64,000 nt of DNA, from contig CAVYYI010000001.1 of assembly GCA_963772725.1 (NCBI GenBank), positions 1,088,001-1,152,000 on the forward strand. Direction: 5' to 3'. The stretch is from an uncultured Phycisphaerales bacterium. GTDB taxonomy: Bacteria > Planctomycetota > Phycisphaerae > Sedimentisphaerales > Anaerobacaceae. The notes under the pieces were generated by a model that had not been told where the DNA came from, searched no databases, and worked only from the letters and a program-made list of their open reading frames with translations. The first letter of the stretch is position 1, and the number at the start of each line of letters is the position of its first letter. Made by a program: the position numbers and the translations under genes. Shown piece after piece: positions 12,521 through 21,146 of the stretch.

Positions 12521-13500
12521 ATATTACGTTTACGAACTATAACATCTTCACGCCTTATCGCGACATGTTCTTCTACAAACAGGCTTGACATAAACCACGC
12601 AAAAGCCCAATACAAAGCGAACGCCAGAGGCAGCATCAGCAGCCCGAGCATATCGTGATAAAATCCCTGGGCATACTCAGGGCCTATCACAACATAAATA
12701 AACCCTGTAATGGTAACTCGCACAATATTACACAATATGGCAATAGGTATTGTGCTTATAAGCAGCGCAATTCGCTGCCATATCGGCCTTTTATGCAAAT
12801 ACGCCATCGCCACACCAAGAGCCAGAAAAGCCATAAGCAGCCGCATACCGCTGCACGCTTCTGCCACATCAAGACCGGGTTCAAGTCTGTGTCCCTTGTA
12901 AACTACATCTATAACAGCGCCTGAAGCCGTGGCGTCCAGACCGTTGACAAGGTTTAGTAAGAAGGCAGCGGCCTGGGCCGCAAGAAACCGCATAGGCATA
13001 GTTGCAGCTACAAAAATTCTCTGTGGCAGCGGCACGGCGAAAACCAGAAATGCCACTGGAAGCCATGCGTACTTTAGCAATCGCCATCCGCCCAGAAACA
13101 GTATAACCGCCCCCAGTGTCGCTATCATTCCAATAGGCCTTAGATAACCATACTGAAAATGTACTACATTTAGCGGATAAAAGATAATTCCGCAAAGCAT
13201 AAAAAACAGTCCGAGATAGTTTGGTTTGAATTCGGTGTTTTCGACCGAATTGAGGATTTCTGTTTTGTGCTGATTAATAAAATAAAGACTGAAAAGCGGA
13301 ATCAGCCAGCCGTGAGACCAACTGCTGTCTTCTATCCAGCTGTGGACAATATCCTGGATTTCTCTGTGAAAAAGATAACAAAATAATACCCCGATTATCA
13401 GAATTTTTGCGTACCGATACCACCCCAGCTCTCGCCAGCTCTTTTGCTCCGTACCTGCTTTGTACGTTTCTTTGACAGAAGAGGCTACATTTTCAGCCAT
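12517..13500 (-). CDS. epsH: Exosortase (EpsH family)
   Basis: Multi-TM protein with SHGWLIP, VAEACSGMR (catalytic Cys), NIVRV (Arg) and FYHD (His). Confidence 0.92.
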   Translation of the reverse strand: MAENVASSVKETYKAGTEQKSWRELGWYRYAKILIIGVLFCYLFHREIQDIVHSWIEDSSWSHGWLIPLFSLYFINQHKTEILNSVENTEFKPNYLGLFFMLCGIIFYPLNVVHFQYGYLRPIGMIATLGAVILFLGGWRLLKYAWLPVAFLVFAVPLPQRIFVAATMPMRFLAAQAAAFLLNLVNGLDATASGAVIDVVYKGHRLEPGLDVAEACSGMRLLMAFLALGVAMAYLHKRPIWQRIALLISTIPIAILCNIVRVTITGFIYVVIGPEYAQGFYHDMLGLLMLPLAFALYWAFAWFMSSLFVEEHVAIRREDVIVRKRNI

Positions 13501-13523
13501 AATAAATCTCGACCTACGCAGAA

Positions 13524-15155
13524 CTAATCAAATATATCAAAAGGCCTGCCTGTTCCAAAATCCCTATCTGCGAAGTTCCGGTCATAAATAAAACCAAAGC
13601 CATAAGTTGCCCTGAAAGCGTCTCGCAAAACGGCACGAAATCTCGAAGTGGGATGCGTGCCAACATTAATTAAATCAAGATTTTTAATAAAAAAGTCAGG
13701 CTGCTCACCACTGGCGATTTTATCTAAATCAATCATAACTATTTCTTCTTTTTTCTTTCCTATGCGTCTTGTTACCTCACAGCGTTTTGGCCACGCCAGA
13801 GGCCCAAGGCCTCCCGCTGCCGCAACAGCCATCTTAAGAGTCATCTCCCTGCCCGTTAGAGGGATAAAACCCTGAAAATTAACATTACCCATAATACAGA
13901 ATTCTCCATACATATCAAGAGGAACCTGGATACTATCGCCGGGTTTTATCACTATATTATAACGCGGGTCACCGCCGGAAAGTTTATCCGTTGGGATTTT
14001 TATAACTCTGGTTTGAATACCGCCTGTCCCGGTTTGCTCCCAGTCGAAATTCTCGGGTACTTTCTCTGTAAGTAATTTGCCTTTCTTCGAGGATTCTTCG
14101 ACTTTACCCTTCTTCTCCACAACCTCAGTTTCAAAACCAGGTCCGCCAACTTCCACGGGAACCCATTTACCTTCCTTGAATATCCATTCAATTCTGCCTG
14201 CATCGCCCTGCCCGGATTTTTCTGTCGGTTCACGGCCTGGCAGTTGAGAACCAATTTGGCTCACGTTTGCATCTTTATCTGTATTTTTTATACTGGACAC
14301 CGCTGCCTGTTGTTCTTTATTGCCAGGTATTTCTAATCCCATCGGCAGCGCAACATCCGAAAGCTCTTTTTCTGTTGCCATCTCGGCTGAGGTTATTACC
14401 ATCGCACGGTTGGGTCGTTTCCACTGATTTGATGACGCGTGCGGAGCTATTATCTCCATCATTTCTTGCTCATTGGGGATTTTCAATTCCTGGGTCTTAT
14501 TGGGTTCCTCTATCGCAGGGCCTTCAACCTGCTCTTTTCCCGTAATTTGACGCGTCACAAAAATATAACTAACATTATACTGAGTGGCCACCTGACCATC
14601 CGCAATAGCGTCCATCAACCTGTAATCATATCTTGGAATGGGGTATCTGCCGGGCCTCGGTACACCGTTGCCAAGTATGGAAAATATCCGCTGTTGTGAA
14701 TTAATGAGAGTTACCGTTACCGACGGATCTTTTAAAATATGCGGCGAGAGACTCGTTTTTATCTCATCTTCAAGCTGTGCCTCGGTCAAACCCATAGCAT
14801 CAACAACGCCAACCTGCGGTATGGATATTTTACCTGTTTCGGTAACTACATAATCTTTTTCAAAAAGTATTCCCGGCTCAAATAATTCAAAAACAGATAT
14901 TCGGACAACGTCCCCCGGGCCAAATGTATAGTCTTTTTCATAAACCATGGAATCTATCGGTTTGGGGTCTTCTGATTTTTCCCACGTTGAAGGCGTTTCT
15001 TCAGCTACGCCAAGCGTATCAAGTATGACATTCACAGCAGGAACCGGACGAAATCTGCCTATCTGTCCTGGGTCAAGAAACTTGGTATTACACCCTGCCG
15101 ACAGCAAAATCAGCGATGAAACCAAAATATATGCTCTCTCCCGGAACATTTTCAT
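13524..15155 (-). CDS. wza: Polysaccharide export lipoprotein (Wza-like, Poly_export plus SLBB domains)
   Basis: Lipobox LSAGC; YTFGPGDVVRISVF...GKISIPQVG; TLKMAVAAAGG. Confidence 0.85.
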   Translation of the reverse strand: MKMFRERAYILVSSLILLSAGCNTKFLDPGQIGRFRPVPAVNVILDTLGVAEETPSTWEKSEDPKPIDSMVYEKDYTFGPGDVVRISVFELFEPGILFEKDYVVTETGKISIPQVGVVDAMGLTEAQLEDEIKTSLSPHILKDPSVTVTLINSQQRIFSILGNGVPRPGRYPIPRYDYRLMDAIADGQVATQYNVSYIFVTRQITGKEQVEGPAIEEPNKTQELKIPNEQEMMEIIAPHASSNQWKRPNRAMVITSAEMATEKELSDVALPMGLEIPGNKEQQAAVSSIKNTDKDANVSQIGSQLPGREPTEKSGQGDAGRIEWIFKEGKWVPVEVGGPGFETEVVEKKGKVEESSKKGKLLTEKVPENFDWEQTGTGGIQTRVIKIPTDKLSGGDPRYNIVIKPGDSIQVPLDMYGEFCIMGNVNFQGFIPLTGREMTLKMAVAAAGGLGPLAWPKRCEVTRRIGKKKEEIVMIDLDKIASGEQPDFFIKNLDLINVGTHPTSRFRAVLRDAFRATYGFGFIYDRNFADRDFGTGRPFDIFD

Positions 15156-15234
15156 AACATGAATATCCTAAAATTTAGACACCCTTTTCTCGTAAATACC
15201 CGAAAATAGTCGTTTTATTTTTTCCTTGGTGTTT

Positions 15235-15261
15235 TAATCGGTTTAATACGTTCTCTGCTTA
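15235..15261 (-). promoter_or_regulatory. Putative sigma28-like promoter of the wza-exosortase operon
   Basis: TAAG-N15-ACCGATTA on the minus strand, about 80 nt upstream of wza. Confidence 0.35.
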
Positions 15262-15654
15262 ACCTTATTTTGGATAGCGTAGACAGACCTGCTTTGCTCA
15301 CAGAATTATCTCTTTGGCAAAATATAATCAATTATCATTCACCACTCACTCAACTTCCTATAAAATAAGGCCTTAAGGCAATCATTACACCCGCTCTGCC
15401 GCCGTTTTAACCGCGTTGACTGCTGTAAAAATACAGTTTATATACACATAAAGCAGGCCATTTGTTCAGAATAACTATTTTATTTTAGGCCCTATAATTA
15501 TATTTAAGCCCGCAAAACCGCAAGTTAGTTTTGGATTAAACTTCCTTAGAAAATGATTGCTTTTTGCGGTATTTTAAGTTAAGGTATCGCAGGAAATTAA
15601 GCTAAACTTTAACTCAAAACTATTGGCGGAAATTCAAAAAGGAGGCTATCTGAA

Positions 15655-17217
15655 ATGATTAAGTTGAACAATCGAAAGAATATTTTTGTCGCTGGATTTG
15701 TGATTGTCTTTTTTGCCATCGGCTCACGTGCTGAAAATATAAACACCCTTTCAGGCAACGAACTGATGAAAATCATTCGCGAAAAGAATGGCCAGGCAGA
15801 ACCGGCATATTTTGAACTCCTCGCGAAACGCAAGCCGTTGCAGGCCGCGGCAGAAGATGTCAATAAAACTCCCGCACCGGAAACACCTAAGACAGCGATT
15901 CCCGAAGAAAAACCGCCAATCGCTACTCAACCTCCAAAATCTGTCGCCAGTAACGTTAGCGTAAATAAACCGTTGCCGGTTAAGCCGCCTGTAACTGTTA
16001 CCGCTGAAAAAGCCGTTAACTCTCCACAGGATTTACTATCGCTGCTTCCTGCTGAAACGGTATTCTGCGTGCGAGTTAATAATTTTGATTACACCCTCGG
16101 AAAAATAGACGGGTTTTTAGGCGGCGCTTTGCCGATACCGATGGGAGCGTCGATGATGGCGCGTATGCAGCTTGCGGGATTGTTCGGCGACCCGCAATTA
16201 AAAAACATAAATACCGCGGGAACGTTTGTTTTCTTCGGAACAATTCTCAACACGAATAAAACAGATGCAGTTCCATCAGATAATATGTTCGTCGGCGGAT
16301 TAATCCCGACAGCCAATTATGATAATCTCACAGCCGGCAATCCGAGTATTGAAAAGGCTGACGTTAACGGAGTGTCAAAAATTAATACCAAAAGCATGAA
16401 CAGCCAGGCTCAGACAATCTTAATCACAAAAGCAGCCAATTACGTTTTGGTCAGTTCGCCGGAATTTTATGACAAAATGGTCGTCGCGGCTAAATCTATT
16501 GCCGAACCCAAAAATAACGGGTTCGCGAGCGCTATCGATACGGCGGAAACCGAAAAAGCCGCTAAAACACCAATATGGGCCTTTATAAATGTCCAGAAAA
16601 TAAATCAGACTTTCGGGCCGATGATTTCGGCGCAGGTTGAGCAGGCGAAAATGATGATGGCTTCCGGCGCAATTAATAAACCGTTTGCCGCGGCAGCAAA
16701 CGACCCGAACGCGATTATGAACTCTGAAAAAATGCTGCAGGACATACAATCTTTAAGTATAGCTGTTGTCCCAGAAGAAAACGTTCTTAAAATCAGCGAA
16801 ACTTTAACCGCGATAGCCGGAACCAAAACCGCTGGTATGTTCACCGCTGATAATCCCGATCTGCTCACGATAATGAATAAACTTAAAGCAACCCCCACTA
16901 AAACGGCCGCGGGCGACTTGGCGGATGTTACAAAACTGATACCAGAGGCAAGCAGGGCTGATTTTGTCGGCAAATACAATATGATGGAATTGTTCAAACT
17001 TCAAAAGGCGATGATGCCGATGGCAGCGCCCGACAGCAATGTCACCGAACCGCAGGTTGACACTTCCGCCAAGAGCGCACTGGTTTACGCCGTCAAAGTC
17101 AGCGGCAATCAACTCAAGGTCGATATCGCCCTGCCGAAAGAACACCTGATGGAAATCAGCCAGGCCTCGCAAAAGCTGATACAGCCAAAGACACCGCCGC
17201 CCACGAACGGTTTATAA
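15655..17217 (+). CDS. Hypothetical secreted protein with Pro-rich linker
   Basis: 520-aa ORF, AGGAGG RBS, signal-peptide-like N-terminus, P/K/T-rich segment. Confidence 0.8.
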   Translation: MIKLNNRKNIFVAGFVIVFFAIGSRAENINTLSGNELMKIIREKNGQAEPAYFELLAKRKPLQAAAEDVNKTPAPETPKTAIPEEKPPIATQPPKSVASNVSVNKPLPVKPPVTVTAEKAVNSPQDLLSLLPAETVFCVRVNNFDYTLGKIDGFLGGALPIPMGASMMARMQLAGLFGDPQLKNINTAGTFVFFGTILNTNKTDAVPSDNMFVGGLIPTANYDNLTAGNPSIEKADVNGVSKINTKSMNSQAQTILITKAANYVLVSSPEFYDKMVVAAKSIAEPKNNGFASAIDTAETEKAAKTPIWAFINVQKINQTFGPMISAQVEQAKMMMASGAINKPFAAAANDPNAIMNSEKMLQDIQSLSIAVVPEENVLKISETLTAIAGTKTAGMFTADNPDLLTIMNKLKATPTKTAAGDLADVTKLIPEASRADFVGKYNMMELFKLQKAMMPMAAPDSNVTEPQVDTSAKSALVYAVKVSGNQLKVDIALPKEHLMEISQASQKLIQPKTPPPTNGL

Positions 17218-17254
17218 GAGTAGATTTGCTTATGAGTAATATAATTTATGAATT

Positions 17255-17791
17255 ATGGGATACGCGGTATTCATTGTGTATGCCTTTTATTTGTGCAAGG
17301 AATATGAGAAGACGAATTTTTCAAAATATCCAGTGCTCATATCTTTCATAAGCGGCACTCTTTTTGCAATGCCGATTTTTTTAAGATTTTGGTGTGTTTA
17401 TAAAGATAAAGAAAATTATCAAATAATTATAGGAATGCTGGTGACCTGTTTCACCGGTGTAGCCATTCTGTTGTTAATCAATTTTTTTACAATAATTTTA
17501 AATTGCATCTTATTGCTATTGCAAATAAAAGATAAGCCTTGGAATCTGGCTGTAAAGTCATTTGGGGTGTCAGCATTTTATCAAGTACTTCTTTTTTCGT
17601 GTTTCGCTTTAGGAATTACGTACCATAGATTTGGAATTATTATATTCATTTTCATAATATTGAGATTTTTCGCATATTTTTGTGGAGTTTTAAGAATTAC
17701 AGGTCAGAATCAACATGTTGCGATGTTAGGCACTCTTTGTTGTTTTGATTGCTGGCTTATATTATATACTATTTTTCGATGTGCATTTTAA
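17255..17791 (+). CDS. Hypothetical AT-rich integral membrane protein
   Basis: 178-aa hydrophobic ORF in a low-GC stretch; start uncertain. Confidence 0.55.
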   Translation: MGYAVFIVYAFYLCKEYEKTNFSKYPVLISFISGTLFAMPIFLRFWCVYKDKENYQIIIGMLVTCFTGVAILLLINFFTIILNCILLLLQIKDKPWNLAVKSFGVSAFYQVLLFSCFALGITYHRFGIIIFIFIILRFFAYFCGVLRITGQNQHVAMLGTLCCFDCWLILYTIFRCAF

Positions 17792-17827
17792 TTAGATTCG
17801 AAGCCAGTGGATGAACCGGTGGTGTGA

Positions 17828-18862
17828 CTATGATTTGCCTTTTAATCGGTCGGCGCCTAATTGGCCGCAGGCGGCTTTTATGGTTTGGCCCTTTTTCAGG
17901 CGGACGGCGGTTTCTATTCCGGCATCGGTAAGGACTTTTTTGAAACGGTTAATACTTGCTCTGGGGGCTGCGGTCAATTCGCTGCCCGGATGAGGGTTAT
18001 ATTCTATCAGGTTGATGTTACATTTTATGCCGCGAAGGAGTTTTACAAGCATTTGGGCGTGCAGGGTTGTTTCATTTACGCCGGCAATGAGGATATATTC
18101 GAAAGTTACGCGGTTCTTGGTTTTTTTCTGATAGGTTTTGACGGCCTCGATTAAGGATTCGAGAGGGTATTTCTTATTGATAGGCATCAGCGTGGTTCTT
18201 ATTGAATCGGTCGGGGCGTTGAGAGATACCGCAATGCGGGGATGGATATCAAGGTCAGCCAATTGCTCAATGGCGGGAGCTATTCCGCAAGTACTTACGG
18301 TGAGGTGTCTTATGCCGATATTTTTCCCGCTGCTATTGTTAAGTATTCGCACAGACCGCACAACATTATCGAAATTCATCAGCGGCTCACCCATTCCCAT
18401 ATAGACGACATTGGTAATCCTCGGATTTTCTTTCTGAATCACGTTGACCTGGTCGGCAATTTCGCCTGCGGTAAGGTTCCGCTTAAATTTCAGTTTCGCC
18501 GTTGCGCAAAAGGAGCAATCCATTGGGCAGCCGACCTGGGTTGAAACGCAGAGGGTTATTCTGTCATCATCAAACAGCAACACGGTCTCAATGCGGCTGG
18601 CGTCAGCCAGTTCGAAGAGATACTTGATAGTGCCATCCGGGTCGATGAATTTCTCCACAGTCTTTAATTGGGAGATATAATAGCCCTCTCCGCTAAGCTT
18701 ATCGCGAAAGGCCTTACTCAGCGTAGTAATCTGCGAAATCTCGGCAATATCTTTGGTGTGAATAAAAGTGAAAATGTATTTGGCAAGGTATCTCTTCTGG
18801 CCAAATTCAGCGACTATATTTTCAAGTTCTTCAAGCGTCTTATTTTTTAAGTCTTTATCCAT
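17828..18862 (-). CDS. rlmN: 23S rRNA/tRNA adenine C2-methyltransferase (radical SAM)
   Basis: CVSTQVGCPMDCSFCAT, MGMGEP and AACGQL motifs. Confidence 0.95.
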   Translation of the reverse strand: MDKDLKNKTLEELENIVAEFGQKRYLAKYIFTFIHTKDIAEISQITTLSKAFRDKLSGEGYYISQLKTVEKFIDPDGTIKYLFELADASRIETVLLFDDDRITLCVSTQVGCPMDCSFCATAKLKFKRNLTAGEIADQVNVIQKENPRITNVVYMGMGEPLMNFDNVVRSVRILNNSSGKNIGIRHLTVSTCGIAPAIEQLADLDIHPRIAVSLNAPTDSIRTTLMPINKKYPLESLIEAVKTYQKKTKNRVTFEYILIAGVNETTLHAQMLVKLLRGIKCNINLIEYNPHPGSELTAAPRASINRFKKVLTDAGIETAVRLKKGQTIKAACGQLGADRLKGKS

Positions 18863-18916
18863 TTTTATATTTTACCAAAAATAACGCTTTAAGCCAATGG
18901 GTTATATACGTTATAA

Positions 18917-19073
18917 TTAACCACGAATGAACACGAATAAACACAATATAAGAAAGAACACAGAATACCGCAGACAGTAGAAAAGTTCGTTGTTCGGAGT
19001 TCTTAGTTGGTAGAAAAAAGTTCGAGACGCAAGACGAAATAATCTGTGAAAATCTGTGTGAATCTGTGGCTAA
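18917..19073. repeat. Cargo-free element bounded by inverted short-tandem-repeat arms
   Basis: Left arm TTAAC-CACGAATGAA-CACGAATAAA-CAC (18917-18944); right arm AATCTGTGAA-AATCTGTGTG-AATCTGTGGC-TAA (19041-19073); both ends read TTARCCAC inward. Confidence 0.75.
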
Positions 19074-19086
19074 TAAAGAGTTGATT

Positions 19087-20283
19087 ATGAAACCGGAACT
19101 GCTGGCGCCGGCGGGAAATCTTGAAAAACTGAAATGGGCGGTACAATATGGTGCCGATGCGGTTTATTTTGGCACTACTTTCGGCTCATTGAGGAGTTTC
19201 GCGGGGAATTTTACTGTTGATGATGCTGTTGAGGGGCTGAATTTTCTCCATGCGATGGGCAAAAAGGGTTATGTAACGCTTAATATCTATCCGTTTTCAG
19301 ATGAGTATGAGAAAATTATAGATATCGCCAAAAAACTCGATGACGCCGGAGCGGACGCTTTTATCGTATCCGACATAGGGGTGCTGACCGAACTGAATAA
19401 GCTTAAACTAAAAGCCGCAATTCATATCAGCACGCAGGCAAATTCAACCAGTTATCAAACTGTGCTGGCGTATAAACAACTCGGCGCCAAAAGGATTAAC
19501 CTAGCAAGAGAGCTTTCCATTGAGCAGATAAAACATATCCAGGAAAATATCAACGGGCAGGTTGAAACGGAGGTTTTTATTCATGGTTCGGTCTGTTTTT
19601 CATACTCGGGCAGATGCGCCATCAGCGATTATCTTACGGGATTTCAGGCTAATCGCGGAGAGTGTAAACACCCCTGCCGATGGAAATATGCTCTTGTGGA
19701 GGAGAAAAGGCCGGACGAATACATGCCGGTTTTCGAGGATGAAAGAGGAACTTATATTTTCAACTCAAAGGAACTGGCATTATTTCCCTTTGTGCCGGAA
19801 TTGGCACAGGCAGGTATAACTTCATTTAAAATCGAAGGCAGGATGAAATCCATTCACTATATCGCCTCAATTGTGTCATTTTACAGGCAGGTTATCGACG
19901 GCAAAATCTTTACGCAGGAGCAGGGCTTTGAACTGCTCAGCAGAGTACCTAATAGAGGTTATTCGTACGGTTTTATGAAGGGAAGTATCGGCCCGGAAGA
20001 CTATAAGTTTAATCAAAGTCTTTCGCATTGCGGAGCGGTTTTTGTCGGAAATATATTGGAAAAACAAATCGACAATGGCAGTATTCTGGAAGTGCGAAAC
20101 AAAATTTATGCCGGTGAAACACTCGAGGTTCTTACGCCTGACGGCTCTCTTTCAAATATCACCCTGCCCCAGTCTCTTGCTGCAACAGATAATCAGCAAT
20201 GTGAATTCGCGAATAATTCCCAGTTTATCAAAATTGACAGAGTTTTACCCCCCTACTCTGTTCTGAGAAGAATCAGCAGGTAA
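19087..20283 (+). CDS. U32-family protein (TrhP/YegQ-like RNA hydroxylation factor)
   Basis: PELLAPAG, GADAVY, CFSYSGRC...NRGECKHPCRW Cys cluster, KIEGRMKS. Confidence 0.88.
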   Translation: MKPELLAPAGNLEKLKWAVQYGADAVYFGTTFGSLRSFAGNFTVDDAVEGLNFLHAMGKKGYVTLNIYPFSDEYEKIIDIAKKLDDAGADAFIVSDIGVLTELNKLKLKAAIHISTQANSTSYQTVLAYKQLGAKRINLARELSIEQIKHIQENINGQVETEVFIHGSVCFSYSGRCAISDYLTGFQANRGECKHPCRWKYALVEEKRPDEYMPVFEDERGTYIFNSKELALFPFVPELAQAGITSFKIEGRMKSIHYIASIVSFYRQVIDGKIFTQEQGFELLSRVPNRGYSYGFMKGSIGPEDYKFNQSLSHCGAVFVGNILEKQIDNGSILEVRNKIYAGETLEVLTPDGSLSNITLPQSLAATDNQQCEFANNSQFIKIDRVLPPYSVLRRISR

Positions 20284-20291
20284 TCCGGATA

Positions 20292-20381
20292 TTCAGCCAC
20301 AGATGGCACAGACATCACAGAGGTATGAAATTTTAGATTTTGGATTAAAAATCGAAAATTGAATGCGGCCTCTGCGGTTAA
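20292..20381. repeat. Cargo-free short-tandem-repeat element (9-bp CACAGA units)
   Basis: CAGC-CACAGATGG-CACAGACAT-CACAGAGG, then TTTTAGATTTTGGATT 7-mers, then inverted remnant TGCGGCCTCTGCGGTTAA. Confidence 0.65.
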
Positions 20382-20394
20382 TGAAGTATGCGGG

Positions 20395-20598
20395 TTAACA
20401 AGGCTTTACGTTGGTCGCTTCGGGACCTTTGCGGCCTTTGCCTATTTCGAACTCAACTTTCTGGCCTTCGTCCAGACTGCGGTAACCTTCCGCTGTAATG
20501 TTGGAATGATGGACGAAAAGCTCCTCTCCGCCCTCATCCGGAACGATAAAACCATAACCTTTGCTCTGATTAAACCATTTCACTGTACCTGTACTCAC
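20395..20598 (-). CDS. Cold-shock protein (CspA family)
   Basis: GTVKWFN...KGYGFI and LFVHHS RNP motifs; GTG start. Confidence 0.95.
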   Translation of the reverse strand: MSTGTVKWFNQSKGYGFIVPDEGGEELFVHHSNITAEGYRSLDEGQKVEFEIGKGRKGPEATNVKPC

Positions 20599-20711
20599 TT
20601 GTGTAACTCCCCGGAGTTCTAATTTCTGAACCCCATCTTAATTTCCCCCGTTATTCAATCAGGAATATGCCCCGGAGGATATTGGTGCCTATTCCTTCCT
20701 TAATTATCGGC

Positions 20712-20740
20712 AGTTTAATCATGCCAATCCCCCCTGTCAA
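20712..20740 (-). promoter_or_regulatory. Sigma70-type promoter of the cold-shock gene
   Basis: TTGACA-N17-TAAACT, giving a roughly 100-nt 5' UTR typical of csp genes. Confidence 0.65.
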
Positions 20741-20796
20741 CATATTTATGGTTTCAGGATGGCCGGTCAGAATCAAAATAATAAAATTCCAGGTTT

Positions 20797-21063
20797 TTAA
20801 TCCCCGTTAATACTCCGCATAATAGCGAGGCATTTGTTTAAATAGTCGTCAGTAATTTGTTTGCGGAACCTTTGTTGAGTATTAGGCTTGAGACAATCAT
20901 CTCTAAAGCAGCATTCTGTGTATATACACTGACCATCGGACGAGCCGTAACACGGAGTATTGTGTTCGGCCCGCTGAATAGCGTGAATCAGTTCGGTCCT
21001 GCTCATAAAATCCGGCGTTATGCCGAGCATTTTAGCTTTATTTTTTATAGACGAAATTTCCAT
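20797..21063 (-). CDS. Small SAP/Rho-N-like domain protein with Cys cluster
   Basis: IKNKAKMLGI...MSRTELIHAIQRAE followed by PCYG...C...CCFRDDC; start placed at MEISS. Confidence 0.7.
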   Translation of the reverse strand: MEISSIKNKAKMLGITPDFMSRTELIHAIQRAEHNTPCYGSSDGQCIYTECCFRDDCLKPNTQQRFRKQITDDYLNKCLAIMRSINGD

Positions 21064-21146
21064 AGGAAGCAATCCGGGCATTAAAATTTTTATCTACATA
21101 TTTATCGGCTAAAAGAGGACAAAAAATAAGCGTTGTAAATGGTATT

